Counted from the stretch's first letter, positions 35,201 through 47,501 are shown. The stretch: 56,002 nt of DNA from Paraphysomonas bandaiensis (GCA_965644295.1 CBFFRP010000260.1:1-56002), one strand, 5' to 3'. Translations and numbers: made by a program. The notes: generated from the letters alone by a model not told the origin.

Positions 35201-38200
35201 TAAACAACGCTGGTATGACCATGTCGAGCATCCCATGAAATCATGGCAGATACCTCCACCCATTTGGAGCCATCGGTAGTATACCACATATCATTCTTAT
35301 TGTTTCCATCATTTCCACCCATAATCCAAATATTAGAGTCATATACTACGCTGGTGTGTACATGTCGAGCACTCCATCCCTCACCATTGATTGTTACCTT
35401 CGTCCAGTGCGAGCCATCAGTGGTATACCACACATCATCCTTATAATTGTCTCCGTCCCAACCACCCATAATCCATATCTTCTGATCAAACACTACACTG
35501 CTAAGAAATTCTCGACCACCCCATGTTTCACTAGAAACAGCTTCCACCCACGCGGAACCGTCTGAAGTGTACCATACATCATTCTTCTGGTGACCTACAT
35601 ATGAATAACCCCCCATTATCCATATTTTATTGTCGTATACAACACCGGCAAAATGATATCGAACAGACCATATATTACTGGTAGTGACCTCTGTCCATGT
35701 TGAACCATCAGAGGAGAACCAAATGTCATTCCGGAGGCTATCAGAATCATGGCCACCCATGATCCACATTTTATTGTCATAAACGACACTGACGTGCCAG
35801 TGCCGACCAGACCATGCAGCAGTGGTAGAAGCCGCTGTCCATTCTGAGCCATCAGTAGAATACCACACATCATTATTATAGTCTCCATTATATCCACCCA
35901 TCACCCATATCTTATTTTGATATGCAACACTCGTGTGGCCAGTTCGAGCACTCCATGCAGCAGCAATAGTGGCCTCCGTCCATAACGAAGTTGTTGATTG
36001 ACTGGTTGGATGAATAGTTGGTGGATTGGTTGAATGAACAGTTGGTTGACCGGTTGGATGAACAGTTGGTTGAATGGTTGGATGAATAGTTGGTTGACTG
36101 GTCGGATGAATAGTTGGTTGCAATGTAGGCATGGAGGTAGGAGCCACAGTAGTATGCCATACATCTCTCCTGAAGCCATTTCCATCATGACCACCAATAA
36201 CCCAGATCTTGTTATCGTAAACAACGCTGGTATGACCATGTCGAGCATCCCATGAAATCATGGCAGATACCTCCACCCATTTGGAGCCATCGGTAGTATA
36301 CCACATATCATTCTTATTGTTTCCATCATTTCCACCCATAATCCAAATATTAGAGTCATATACTACGCTGGTGTGTACATGTCGAGCACTCCATCCCTCA
36401 CCATTGATTGTTACCTTCGTCCAGTGCGAGCCATCAGTGGTATACCACACATCATCCTTATAATTGTCTCCGTCCCAACCACCCATAATCCATATCTTCT
36501 GATCAAACACTACACTGCTAAGAAATTCTCGACCACCCCATGTTTCACTAGAAACAGCTTCCACCCACGCGGAACCGTCTGAAGTGTACCATACATCATT
36601 CTTCTGGTGACCTACATATGAATAACCCCCCATTATCCATATTTTATTGTCGTATACAACACCGGCAAAATGATATCGAACAGACCATATATTACTGGTA
36701 GTGACCTCTGTCCATGTTGAACCATCAGAGGAGAACCAAATGTCATTCCGGAGGCTATCAGAATCATGGCCACCCATGATCCACATTTTATTGTCATAAA
36801 CGACACTGACGTGCCAGTGCCGACCAGACCATGCAGCAGTGGTAGAAGCCGCTGTCCATTCTGAGCCATCAGTAGAATACCACACATCATTATTATAGTC
36901 TCCATTATATCCACCCATCACCCATATCTTATTTTGATATGCAACACTCGTGTGGCCAGTTCGAGCACTCCATGCAGCAGCAATAGTGGCCTCCGTCCAT
37001 AACGAAGTTGTTGATTGACTGGTTGGATGAATAGTTGGTGGATTGGTTGAATGAACAGTTGGTTGACCGGTTGGATGAACAGTTGGTTGAATGGTTGGAT
37101 GAATAGTTGGTTGACTGGTCGGATGAATAGTTGGTTGCAATGTAGGCATGGAGGTAGGAGCCACAGTAGTATGCCATACATCTCTCCTGAAGCCATTTCC
37201 ATCATGACCACCAATAACCCAGATCTTGTTATCGTAAACAACGCTGGTATGACCATGTCGAGCATCCCATGAAATCATGGCAGATACCTCCACCCATTTG
37301 GAGCCATCGGTAGTATACCACATATCATTCTTATTGTTTCCATCATTTCCACCCATAATCCAAATATTAGAGTCATATACTACGCTGGTGTGTACATGTC
37401 GAGCACTCCATCCCTCACCATTGATTGTTACCTTCGTCCAGTGCGAGCCATCAGTGGTATACCACACATCATCCTTATAATTGTCTCCGTCCCAACCACC
37501 CATAATCCATATCTTCTGATCAAACACTACACTGCTAAGAAATTCTCGACCACCCCATGTTTCACTAGAAACAGCTTCCACCCACGCGGAACCGTCTGAA
37601 GTGTACCATACATCATTCTTCTGGTGACCTACATATGAATAACCCCCCATTATCCATATTTTATTGTCGTATACAACACCGGCAAAATGATATCGAACAG
37701 ACCATATATTACTGGTAGTGACCTCTGTCCATGTTGAACCATCAGAGGAGAACCAAATGTCATTCCGGAGGCTATCAGAATCATGGCCACCCATGATCCA
37801 CATTTTATTGTCATAAACGACACTGACGTGCCAGTGCCGACCAGACCATGCAGCAGTGGTAGAAGCCGCTGTCCATTCTGAGCCATCAGTAGAATACCAC
37901 ACATCATTATTATAGTTTCCATCATATCCACCCATCACCCATATCTTATTTTGATATGCAACACTCGTGTGACCAGTTCGAGCACTCCATGCAGCAGCAA
38001 TAGTGGCCTCCGTCCATAACGAAGTTGTTGATTGACTGGTTGGATGAATAGTTGACAGTACATCGATAGCCTCAGCAGAACCAGCAAGAAGAAGAATGAG
38101 GCTTGAGATGTATCTATTTCTGACTGACACACCAGAGTGAAGGCTTACCACACACACAACATAATAGAGAAGTAAAAGGGCACAGTAAGCGATACAAGAT

Positions 38201-38319
38201 CCATAGTCTGTAAGCTGTAGTGGGCTGTGCACAGAGGGCGTATCATCCCATATAGAGTTCCCAGTACAGAAGAGATGGGGGACAACAGCAGGAAGTATTG
38301 GTTTCAATATCGTTTGCAT
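29210..38319 (-). CDS. Giant receptor-like membrane protein: Kelch x3 + LRR x2 + NHL propeller + TM segments + NADPH oxidase/ferric reductase module (join 38319-35106, 35040-29210; ~3014 aa)
   Basis: A 65-nt phase-1 intron (GTAAG at 35105 to CAG at 35041) joins the 1082-aa and 1939-aa ORFs in frame. C-terminal EWHPFSIASG, GWTERL, MGPF, LIGTGTGIA, WFVWS, GRPVW, SENFA. LRR LxLxxNxLSGTVP; NHL-type FNGPMGV/VADFGNNAIRK; Kelch-type KIWIMGG..NDVW. Confidence 0.85.
35133..38054 (-). repeat. ~2.9 tandem copies of a 1017-bp unit (six Kelch-like blades + PT stalk)
   Basis: Exact 1017-bp periodicity; only a few substitutions, in the 5'-most unit (YDGNY vs YNGDY). Confidence 0.95.
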
Positions 38320-38653
38320 TGCGACTTCTATAATCGTCCAAAGCCTATAAGGTCAAAGCTAGCTATAAGCATAGGCGATAACACACACATATCTTGGTGA
38401 GACTGCCGTACAGAGCCCGCCCGTTTGCACAACCACCCCCAGAATACACACATTATCACGTATATAAAAACGGGGGGTTGTACGGAACTAAAAAATGAGG
38501 GGGGACAGCCGCAATTTTTCATAACGAACGGCCTGTATGACATCACTAGTAAAGTGGTATCTTTTTTTGTTCTGTGTGTCATCACAATAAAGTGAAGTCA
38601 CATCTGCTGCATATACATACACTTCACTTCACTTCTATATACACATATATAAG

Positions 38654-39328
38654 ATGGATGATATTATTACAGCTGCTCGTGTGGGTGATATCAATGCAGT
38701 GAGGAGGTGTGTTAGGAGGGGTGGTAACATCAATGAACAAGATGAGGTACACACATACATACTCATATATACATACATACATAGAGTGTTATGGCTCATA
38801 TGTGATTATTATTATTGTTTTATAGAGGGGTCGTACAGCTCTTCACTTGGCTGCCTCCCATGGTCACAGAGATATAGCTGAGTATCTTATAAGAGAAGGA
38901 GCAGATACAACTATACGAGACAATGTAAGTAACCCCTCGATACATACATACATACATACATACATACATACATACATACATACATACATACATACATACA
39001 TACATACATACATACATACATACATACATACATACATACATACATACATACATACATACATACATACATACATACATACATACATACATACATACATACA
39101 TACATACATACATACATACATACATACATACATACATACATACATACATACATACATACATACATACATACAAACATACATACATACATACATACATACA
39201 TACATACATACATACATACATACATACATACATACATACATACATACATACATACATACATACATACATACATACATACATACATACATACATACATACA
39301 TACATACATACATACATACATACATACA

Positions 39329-39362
<34 letters not shown>

Positions 39363-39732
39363 CATACATACATACATACATACATACATACATACATACA
39401 TACATACATACATACATACATACATACATACATACATACATACATACATACATACATACATACATACATACATACATACATACATACATACATACATACA
39501 TACATACATACATACATACATACATACATACATACATACATACATACATACATACATACATACATACATACAAACATACATACATACATACATACATACA
39601 TACATACATACATACATACATACATACATACATACATACATACATACATACATACATACATACATACATACATACATACATACATACATACATACATACA
39701 TACATACATACAAACATACATACATACATACA

Positions 39733-39766
<34 letters not shown>

Positions 39767-40288
39767 CATACATACATACATACATACATACATACATACA
39801 TACATACATACATACATACATACATACATACAAACATACATACTTACATACACACATACATACTCATATATACATACATACTTACAGTGTTATGGCGGCT
39901 CATATGTGATTATTCTTATTGTTTTATAGGGGGGTTATACAGCTCTTCACTGGGCTGCCTCTGGAGGTCACAGAGATACAGCTGACTATCTTATAAGAGC
40001 AGGAGCAGATATCACTATACGAAACAATGTAAGTAACCCCTCCATACAGACATACATACATACACACATACATACATACATAGAGTGTTATGAGGCTATA
40101 TGTGATTATTGTTGTTGTTTTATAGAGGGGTCGTACAGCTCTTCACGAGGCTAGCTCTAGAGGTCACAGAGATATAGCTGAGTATCTTATACGAGCAGGA
40201 GCAGATACAACTATACGAGACAATGTAAGTAATCCCTCAATACATACATACATACATACATACATACATACATACATACATACATACA

Positions 40289-40322
<34 letters not shown>

Positions 40323-43300
40323 CATACATACATACACACATACATACATACATACGTACATAGAGTGTTATGAGGCTATATGTGATTATTGTTGTTGTTT
40401 TATAGAGGGGTCGTACAGCTCTTCACGAGGCTAGCTCTAGAGGTCACAGAGATATAGCTGAGATTCTTATAAGAGAAGGAGCAGATATAACTATACGAGA
40501 CAATGTAAGTAACCCCTCCATACAGACATACATACACACACACATTACATACTCATATATAGTGTGTTATGAGGGCTCATATGTGATTATTGCTATTGTT
40601 TTATAGGGTGATCGTACAGCTCTTCACGAGGCTAGCTCTAATGGTCACAAGGATATAGCTGAGATTCTTATAAGAGAAGGAGCAGATATAAGCATACGAG
40701 ATGATGTAAGTAACCCCTCGATACATGGATACATACACACACATTACATACTCATGTATATAGTGTTATGAGGGCTCATGTGATTATTGTTATTGTTTTA
40801 TAGGAAGGTCGTACAGCTCTTCACGTGGCTGCCTCAAGAGGTCACTGGGATATAGCTGAGCATCTTATAAGAGCAGGAGCAGATATCACTATACGAGACA
40901 ATGTAAGTAACCCCCTCGATACATACATATATGCATACATACAGTGTTATGAGGGCTCATATGTGTATACTGTTATTGTTTTATAGGATGGTCGTACAGC
41001 TCTTCACGAGGCTACCTCTAATGGTCACAGGGATATAGCTGAGTATCTTATAAGATCAGGAGCAGATATCACTATACGTGACAATGTAAGTAACCCCTCT
41101 CATACATACATACACACACACATACATACACATATATAGTGTGTTATGAGGGCTCATGTGATTATTGTTATTGTTTTATAGGGTGATCGTACATCTCTTC
41201 ACTATGCTGCCTTTGGAGGTGACAGAGATACAGCTGAGTATCTTATTACAGCAGGAGCAGATATAAACATACGAGACACTGTACGTAACCCTCGATACGT
41301 ACATACATATATACATACATACAGTGTTATGAGGCTCATATGTGATTATTGTTATTGTTTTATAGGGGGGTCGTACAGCTCTTCACGATGCTGCCTCTAG
41401 AGGTCACAGAGATACAGCTGAGTATCTTATTAGAGCAGGAGCAGATATCACCATTGGAGACACTGTAAGTAACCCCTCGATACATACATATACACATACA
41501 TACAGTGTTATGAGGGCTCATATGTTATTGTCGTTATTGTTTTATAGGGGGGTCGTACAGCTCTTCACGATGCTGCCTCAAGAGGTCACAGAGATATATC
41601 TGAGTATCTTATAAGAGAAGGAGCAGATATAAACATACGAGACACTGTAAGTAACACCTCTATACATACATACATACATACATACATACATACATACATA
41701 CAGTGTTATAGGGCTCATATGTGTATACTGTTATTGTTTTATAGGATGGTCGTACAGCTCTTCACTGGGCTACCTCTAATGGTCACAGAGATATAGCTGA
41801 GTATCTTATAATATCAGGAGCAGATACAACTATACGAGACAATGTAAGTAACCCCCTCGATACATACATACATACATACACACATACTTACATAGAGTGT
41901 TATGAGGGCTCATATGTGATTATTGTTATTGTTTTATAGGGTGGTCGTACAGCTCTTCACTATGCTGCCTTTGGAGGTGACAGAGATACAGCTGAGTATC
42001 TTATAAGAGAAGGAGCAGATATAAACATACGAGACAATGTAAGTAACCCCTCGATACATACATATATACATACATACAGTGTTATGAGGCTCATATGTGA
42101 ATATTGTTGTTGTTTTATAGAGGGGTCGTACAGCTCTTCACGAGGCTGCCTCTAATGGTCACAGAGTTATCGCTGAGAATCTTATAAGAGAAGGAGCAGA
42201 TATAAGCATACGAGATACTGTAAGTAATCCCTCGATACATGGATACATACATACATACATACATACATACATACATACATACATACGTGTTATGAGGCTC
42301 ATATGTGATTATTATTATTGTTTTATAGGAAGGTCGTACAGCTCTTTACGAGGCTACCTCTAATGGTCACAGAGATATAGCTGAGTATCTTATAAGATCA
42401 GGAGCAGATATCACTATACGTGACAATGTAAGTAACCCCTCGATACATACATATATACAGAGTTATGAGGACTCATATGTTATTGTCGTTATTGTTTTAT
42501 AGGATGGTCGTACAGCTCTTCACTGGGCTACCTCTAATGGTCACAGGGATATAGCTGAGTATCTTATAAGAGAAGGAGCAGATATAACTCTAAGAACCAA
42601 TGTAAGTAACCCCTCGATACATACATACATACGTACATACATACATACAGTGTTATGAGGGCTCATATGTGAATATTGTTGTTGTTTTATAGGAAGGTCG
42701 TACAGCTCTTTACGAGGCTACCTCTAATGGTCACAGAGATATAGCTGAGTATCTTATAAGATCAGGAGCAGATATCACTATACGTGACAATGTAAGTAAC
42801 CCCTCGATACATACATATATACAGAGTTATGAGGACTCATATGTTATTGTCGTTATTGTTTTATAGGATGGTCGTACAGCTCTTCACTGGGCTACCTCTA
42901 ATGGTCACAGGGATATAGCTGAGTATCTTATAAGAGAAGGAGCAGATATAACTCTAAGAACCAATGTAAGTAACCCCTCGATACATACATACATACGTAC
43001 ATACATACATACAGTGTTATGAGGGCTCATATGTGAATATTGTTGTTGTTTTATAGAGGGGTCGTACAGCTCTTCACGAGGCTGCTTCTAATGGTCACAG
43101 AGTTATCGCTGAGTATCTTATAAGAGAAGGAGCAGATATAAACATACGAGATACTGTAAGTAATCCCTCGATACATAGATACATACGTGTTATGAGGGCT
43201 CATATGTGATTATTATTATTGTTTTATAGGAAGGTCGTACAGCTCTTTACGAGGCTACCTGTAATGGTCACAGAGATATGTCTGAGTATCTTATAAGATC

Positions 43301-44467
43301 AGGAGCAGATATCACTGCTGGAGACAATGTAAGTAACCCCTCGATACATACATATATACAGAGTTATGAGGACTCATATGTTATTGTTGTTATTGTTTTA
43401 TAGGATGGTCGTACAGCTCTTCACTGGGCTCTCATTAGAGGTCACAGGGATATAGCTGAGTATCTTATAAGAGAAGGAGCAGATATAACTCTAAGAACCA
43501 ATGTAAGTAACCCCTCTCATACATACATACATACACACACATACGTACTCATGTATAGAGTGTTATGAGGGCTCATATGTGATTATTGTTATTGTTCTAT
43601 AGTTGGGTTGTACTGCTCTTCACTATGCTGCCTTTGGAAGTGACAGAGATACAGCTGAGTATCTTATAAGAGAAGGAGCAGATATAAACATACGAGACAA
43701 TGTAAGTAACCCCTTCATACATACATAGAGTGTTATGAGGTCTCATATGTGATTATTGTTATTGTTTTATAGAGGGGCCATACAGCTATTCACTGTGCTG
43801 CCCTTTTTGGTCACAGAGATATAGCTGAGTATCTTATAAGAGCAGGAGCAGATATCACTATACGAGATAATGTAAGTAACCCCTCTATACATACAAACAT
43901 ATATACATATATATTGAAAGTCTTTTTATTTAGCAATAGGCGTTAAAAACTCATACATGTATACATACATACATACATACATACATACATACATACATAC
44001 ATACATACAGAGTGTCATGAGGGCTCATATGTGTATACTGTTATTGTTTTATAGAGGGGTCGTACAGCTCTTCACGAGGCTGCCTCTAATGGTCGCAGAG
44101 ATATATCTGAGTATCTTATAAGAGCAGGAGCAGATATCACTATACGAGACAATGTAAGTAACCCGTCGATATATGCATATTATATTTACTTCACTGACTC
44201 GTTAATGTAAAGATGATATGGATAAGTGGCGATGCACTGTGTCACTTCTTTTTATGATGTTTATTGTCGTTTTCGCAGGAGGGAAGGACTCCTGTTGATG
44301 TGGCTAGAGATGATGCGATGCGTGATATCATCACAAATGCACATGTGAGTATGTGTATTGTATGCTTCATCTTATTCATAGAACCAGAGATATGACCTCA
44401 CTGGAATCATATGTGGATTGTATAGGCTGAGAGGCAGAGAACTCAACCAAGAGACCACGATGGATGA
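38654..44467 (+). CDS. Multi-exon ankyrin repeat protein (~825 aa): N-cap exon, 23 single-repeat 99-bp exons, C-cap exon, short tail exon
   Basis: Exon 1 is 38654-38746. The 99-bp AG/GT-bounded exons start at 38826, 39930, 40126, 40406, 40607, 40804, 40987, 41182, 41366, 41548, 41745, 41940, 42121, 42329, 42503, 42693, 42867, 43057, 43230, 43404, 43603, 43773, 44055 (consensus [33 protein letters not shown], no stops). C-cap 44279-44344 [18 protein letters not shown]; probable last exon 44426-44467. Confidence 0.93.
38940..39850. repeat. (TACA)n microsatellite, ~0.9 kb, inside intron 2 of the ankyrin gene
   Basis: Nearly pure tetranucleotide array with rare CAAA/TATA variants. Confidence 0.98.
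43912..43952 (-). mobile_element. 41-bp LINE 3'-end micro-insertion in ankyrin intron 23
   Basis: TATTGAAAGTCTTTTTATTTAGCAATAGGCGTTAAAAACTC matches the terminus at 45135; possible TSD ATACATATA/ATACATGTA. Confidence 0.75.
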
Positions 44468-44633
44468 CTTAGAGGTCTACGGAGTTTCCCCCGATTATGT
44501 TGCATATTGACACCAGTGTAATCCACAATCCATGATTGCACTTGTGGGTTCTACCCTCAGTAGAACTATTTTACATGTATTCACCTATACTCGTACATCC
44601 ATGTTTCCGAAATGATTATTTCATTGAGGAGAG

Positions 44634-45134
44634 TATTAAGATTCATTTACTTACGGATATCTCTTAACTTGTGAATGCAACAAAATAATACAATGAAATA
44701 TCAATTGACTGAATAATTACCTGACTATATAAGATACAAGACACGCTAATGTGTGATTGGTTTTAATGCTCTATTCTACCGTATCTAATGTGGAGTTTTA
44801 TTATTATAATCAATCTTTACCATCTCTTGAGTTCTATTAGGATTCAGCTTAATATAAGGCAGTAACTATGAGTTATAATGTTCAATGAAATATATCATGA
44901 ACTGAATTAGTGAGAGTATCTGTTGAAGGTACATGATCGTCATCATAATGATCGTAATTATCAGTTATACTTCTAACTATTCGCTCCGTTGTGCATGACA
45001 GTTATGTTCTATATTGTTGTTAGGATTCAGCTCAATACAAGATAGTATCTGTGAGTTATAACGCTCAACGTAATATATCATGAACTGAATTAGAGAGAGT
45101 ACCTGTTGAAGATACATGATCGTCATCATAGTAT
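44634..45134 (+). repeat. Cluster of LTR-like fragments, including two tandem partial copies (44835, 45018) of the repeat at 12159
   Basis: Shared TTAGGATTCAGCT..AATATATCATGAACTGAATTAG..ACATGATCGTCATCATA; PPT-like GAGGAGAG before 44634. Confidence 0.55.
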
Positions 45135-46254
45135 TATTGAAGGTCTTTTTATTTAGCAATAGGCGTTAAAAACTCGTTCCGATATAGTGGCTAGTCTACT
45201 AGCTAGACCTCAACCCATAACTAATCAGCACAAATTCTATTATCCTACTATTTAGCGCTACAGAAGCTGCTTGTGCGTCGCCGCAAGCACCAAGGCGCAA
45301 CCACTTCCGTTCTCAATGTGGTTTGTGACAGGGATAGGGAACAATATATTGTATTGCAATATATTGTACAATATATTGATTGGTGGACTGGTCAAAGATT
45401 CCATCAATAGTGTTTCTGTTAATAGAGCTCACAATACTATTGCAATATATTGCAATCAATATTATGATAGTCATATAAGAGAAGATCCTTAACTGTATGG
45501 TGCAAAATATACGCCTCTGTATACAAATATCCGGAAAATAAGAAAAAAAGCCTATTTTTGATGTTATTTTCTATTTTTTACATACACATGCATGCGTTTG
45601 CTGCAAATTAACGACAAATCTTGATATATGCTAAATTTCACCTAATCTTATAGTTCAGTACAGTACCATCTAGTTCTCATTATTGCTTGCGCATGTAACA
45701 GAAAAGCAATAACTGTACCCCAATGAATGAACTGATTATTACTCAACAGCCCAATAGTACTCCAGCTGCACACTCTACTACTCTAGTCTCTAGTACCAAT
45801 ACTTATTACCTGACACTAGCCGGGAGTCTCTGGAGCTTAAAGCCATTTCTGATACATTATTTCTCTTTTTACCACGACTGAGAGCATTGCTCAGTAAGTC
45901 GAGCATATCCACTACCTCACCTGCATGGTCTTCTTTTTCCATTTCAAACACGGTTTCATGCTGTAAATCAGCACATGAATCAACGACGTACTCGGACTGA
46001 ACTTTCACTGCGCATTTCAAATGCTTTACTCCCCTCCAATCTAATAGGCATTCTGCTTGCTTGCGTCATCTTGAATAACCTCGAGACATACACTCTCCGC
46101 TTTTCTACAGGTCACGGGAACCCACTTGTCACGCTCATTTTGTCGATAATGAGGCATAAACCTTCACAATAGCTCTCCCGCATAGTAATGAAGCTTGCTA
46201 TACGAACTCACAGTTAATAATGGCACGATTCACAGTGTGTTCGCTCTCTCAATC

Positions 46255-46415
46255 TGTGGGAATAAGTCGATCCAGCAGAATATGACGATCCAGCAAAAAA
46301 ATCGACCTTTTTTCGTTATTTCTCTGAAATATATTCGTCTAAAAACAACATGCATCAAAAAAGCCTGGATTTTTTTGCTGGATCGACATATTCTGCTGGA
46401 TCTTATATTCCCACA
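46255..46415. repeat. MITE-like inverted repeat nested in the hAT element
   Basis: TGTGGGAATA..GATCCAGCAGAATATGACGATCCAGCAAAAAAATC versus GATTTTTTTGCTGGATCGACATATTCTGCTGGATC..TATTCCCACA. Confidence 0.7.
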
Positions 46416-46844
46416 CACAGAATTGTTGCCTTGTTGGAATTCCAAGACATCACTATCTAAGTGCGTGGCATTCGCTACTTCAAAATTGAAGTTGCGGTTT
46501 CTGCAGCACGACATCAAGATTTCAGCTGGATGATGGTATCTTGTTCCCTCAAACCATCCCTATCTGCTTCTTGGAGTTCCAAAACGCTGTTCATATACCA
46601 GTGCCTGCCCATACTTCAATGTTCTGTTCGACGTCACACTTTAGTCATCCGCATAGCATTTGCGATTACTATACAATCACAACTTCACTGCAATCAAGTC
46701 AGAGTTATCATCACGACAAAGATTCGTGTCCTCACAGTGAGTGTTGCCTGGAGTGACTCTACACCTCTCCACATGTATGTACAGTACTTCTCTTAATATA
46801 GTATATATATCCTATAGTGACAAGAAGAGACAACTGAATGATGA

Positions 46845-47501
46845 GTGCATACAAAAGTAGGGACATTTATCGCCCTTGTAGACGACCTGAGGAAGTTTGA
46901 AAGCGTCTCGAAATTGCTTCAAACTGGAGGATCAAGTCAAGTGAATCTTTATGAATGCCGGAACATATTTGATGGCTTATTGAGGGACTTTGGGCCAAAG
47001 TATCCACTATCTGCTTTACAGAAAAACAGTCCCATTGTTAATGATCCAAATTTCGAGAATGGAATTGCAAAACTCCAAGCAGGCGAAGAATTGGACTTGA
47101 CAAGATCTGAGAAAGATGCTGTTAGAATATATCTCCGTTCAGACAGTGATTATTGCAACAATACAGAGGATGATGAAGCTGAAGTTGGCTATGCGGAAAA
47201 AATTCTTCAATCAGCTCAAAAACTTAAGAAGCGGAAAGTTGAAATATCTAAGTACAGGTGCACGAGTCATGTAGTATGTACTTCCAATACGTGTGAACGC
47301 CTGTTCAGCGCAGCAAAACTGATTATATCCGTGTTGCGCAAACGTATGCATCCTACTACACTTAATCTGCTGTTGTTTCTGAAAGCTAACCGACAGTTGT
47401 GGCCGGATGCAAGCATATTTCAATCAATATTGAATGAATATGGTGATGATGATTTCACCGATGATGGCTCAGAGGATGAGTATGAGGAAACTTTTAATTA
47501 G
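46845..47501 (+). pseudogene. hAT transposase C-terminal fragment (dimerisation domain)
   Basis: TSNTCERLFSAAKLIISVLRKRMHPTTLNLLLFLKAN; the N-terminal part is absent. Confidence 0.85.

Noticed and set aside
35243-37931. Thrice-repeated small ORFs on both strands
   Set aside because: Shadows of the 1017-bp Kelch repeat.
38820-39929. Long ORFs of MYVC / HTYI repeats
   Set aside because: Translations of the stop-free TACA microsatellite inside an intron.
39930-44153. CRISPR-like appearance of regularly spaced repeats
   Set aside because: The units are GT-AG bounded coding exons and homologous introns; there are no unique spacers or cas genes, and the context is eukaryotic.
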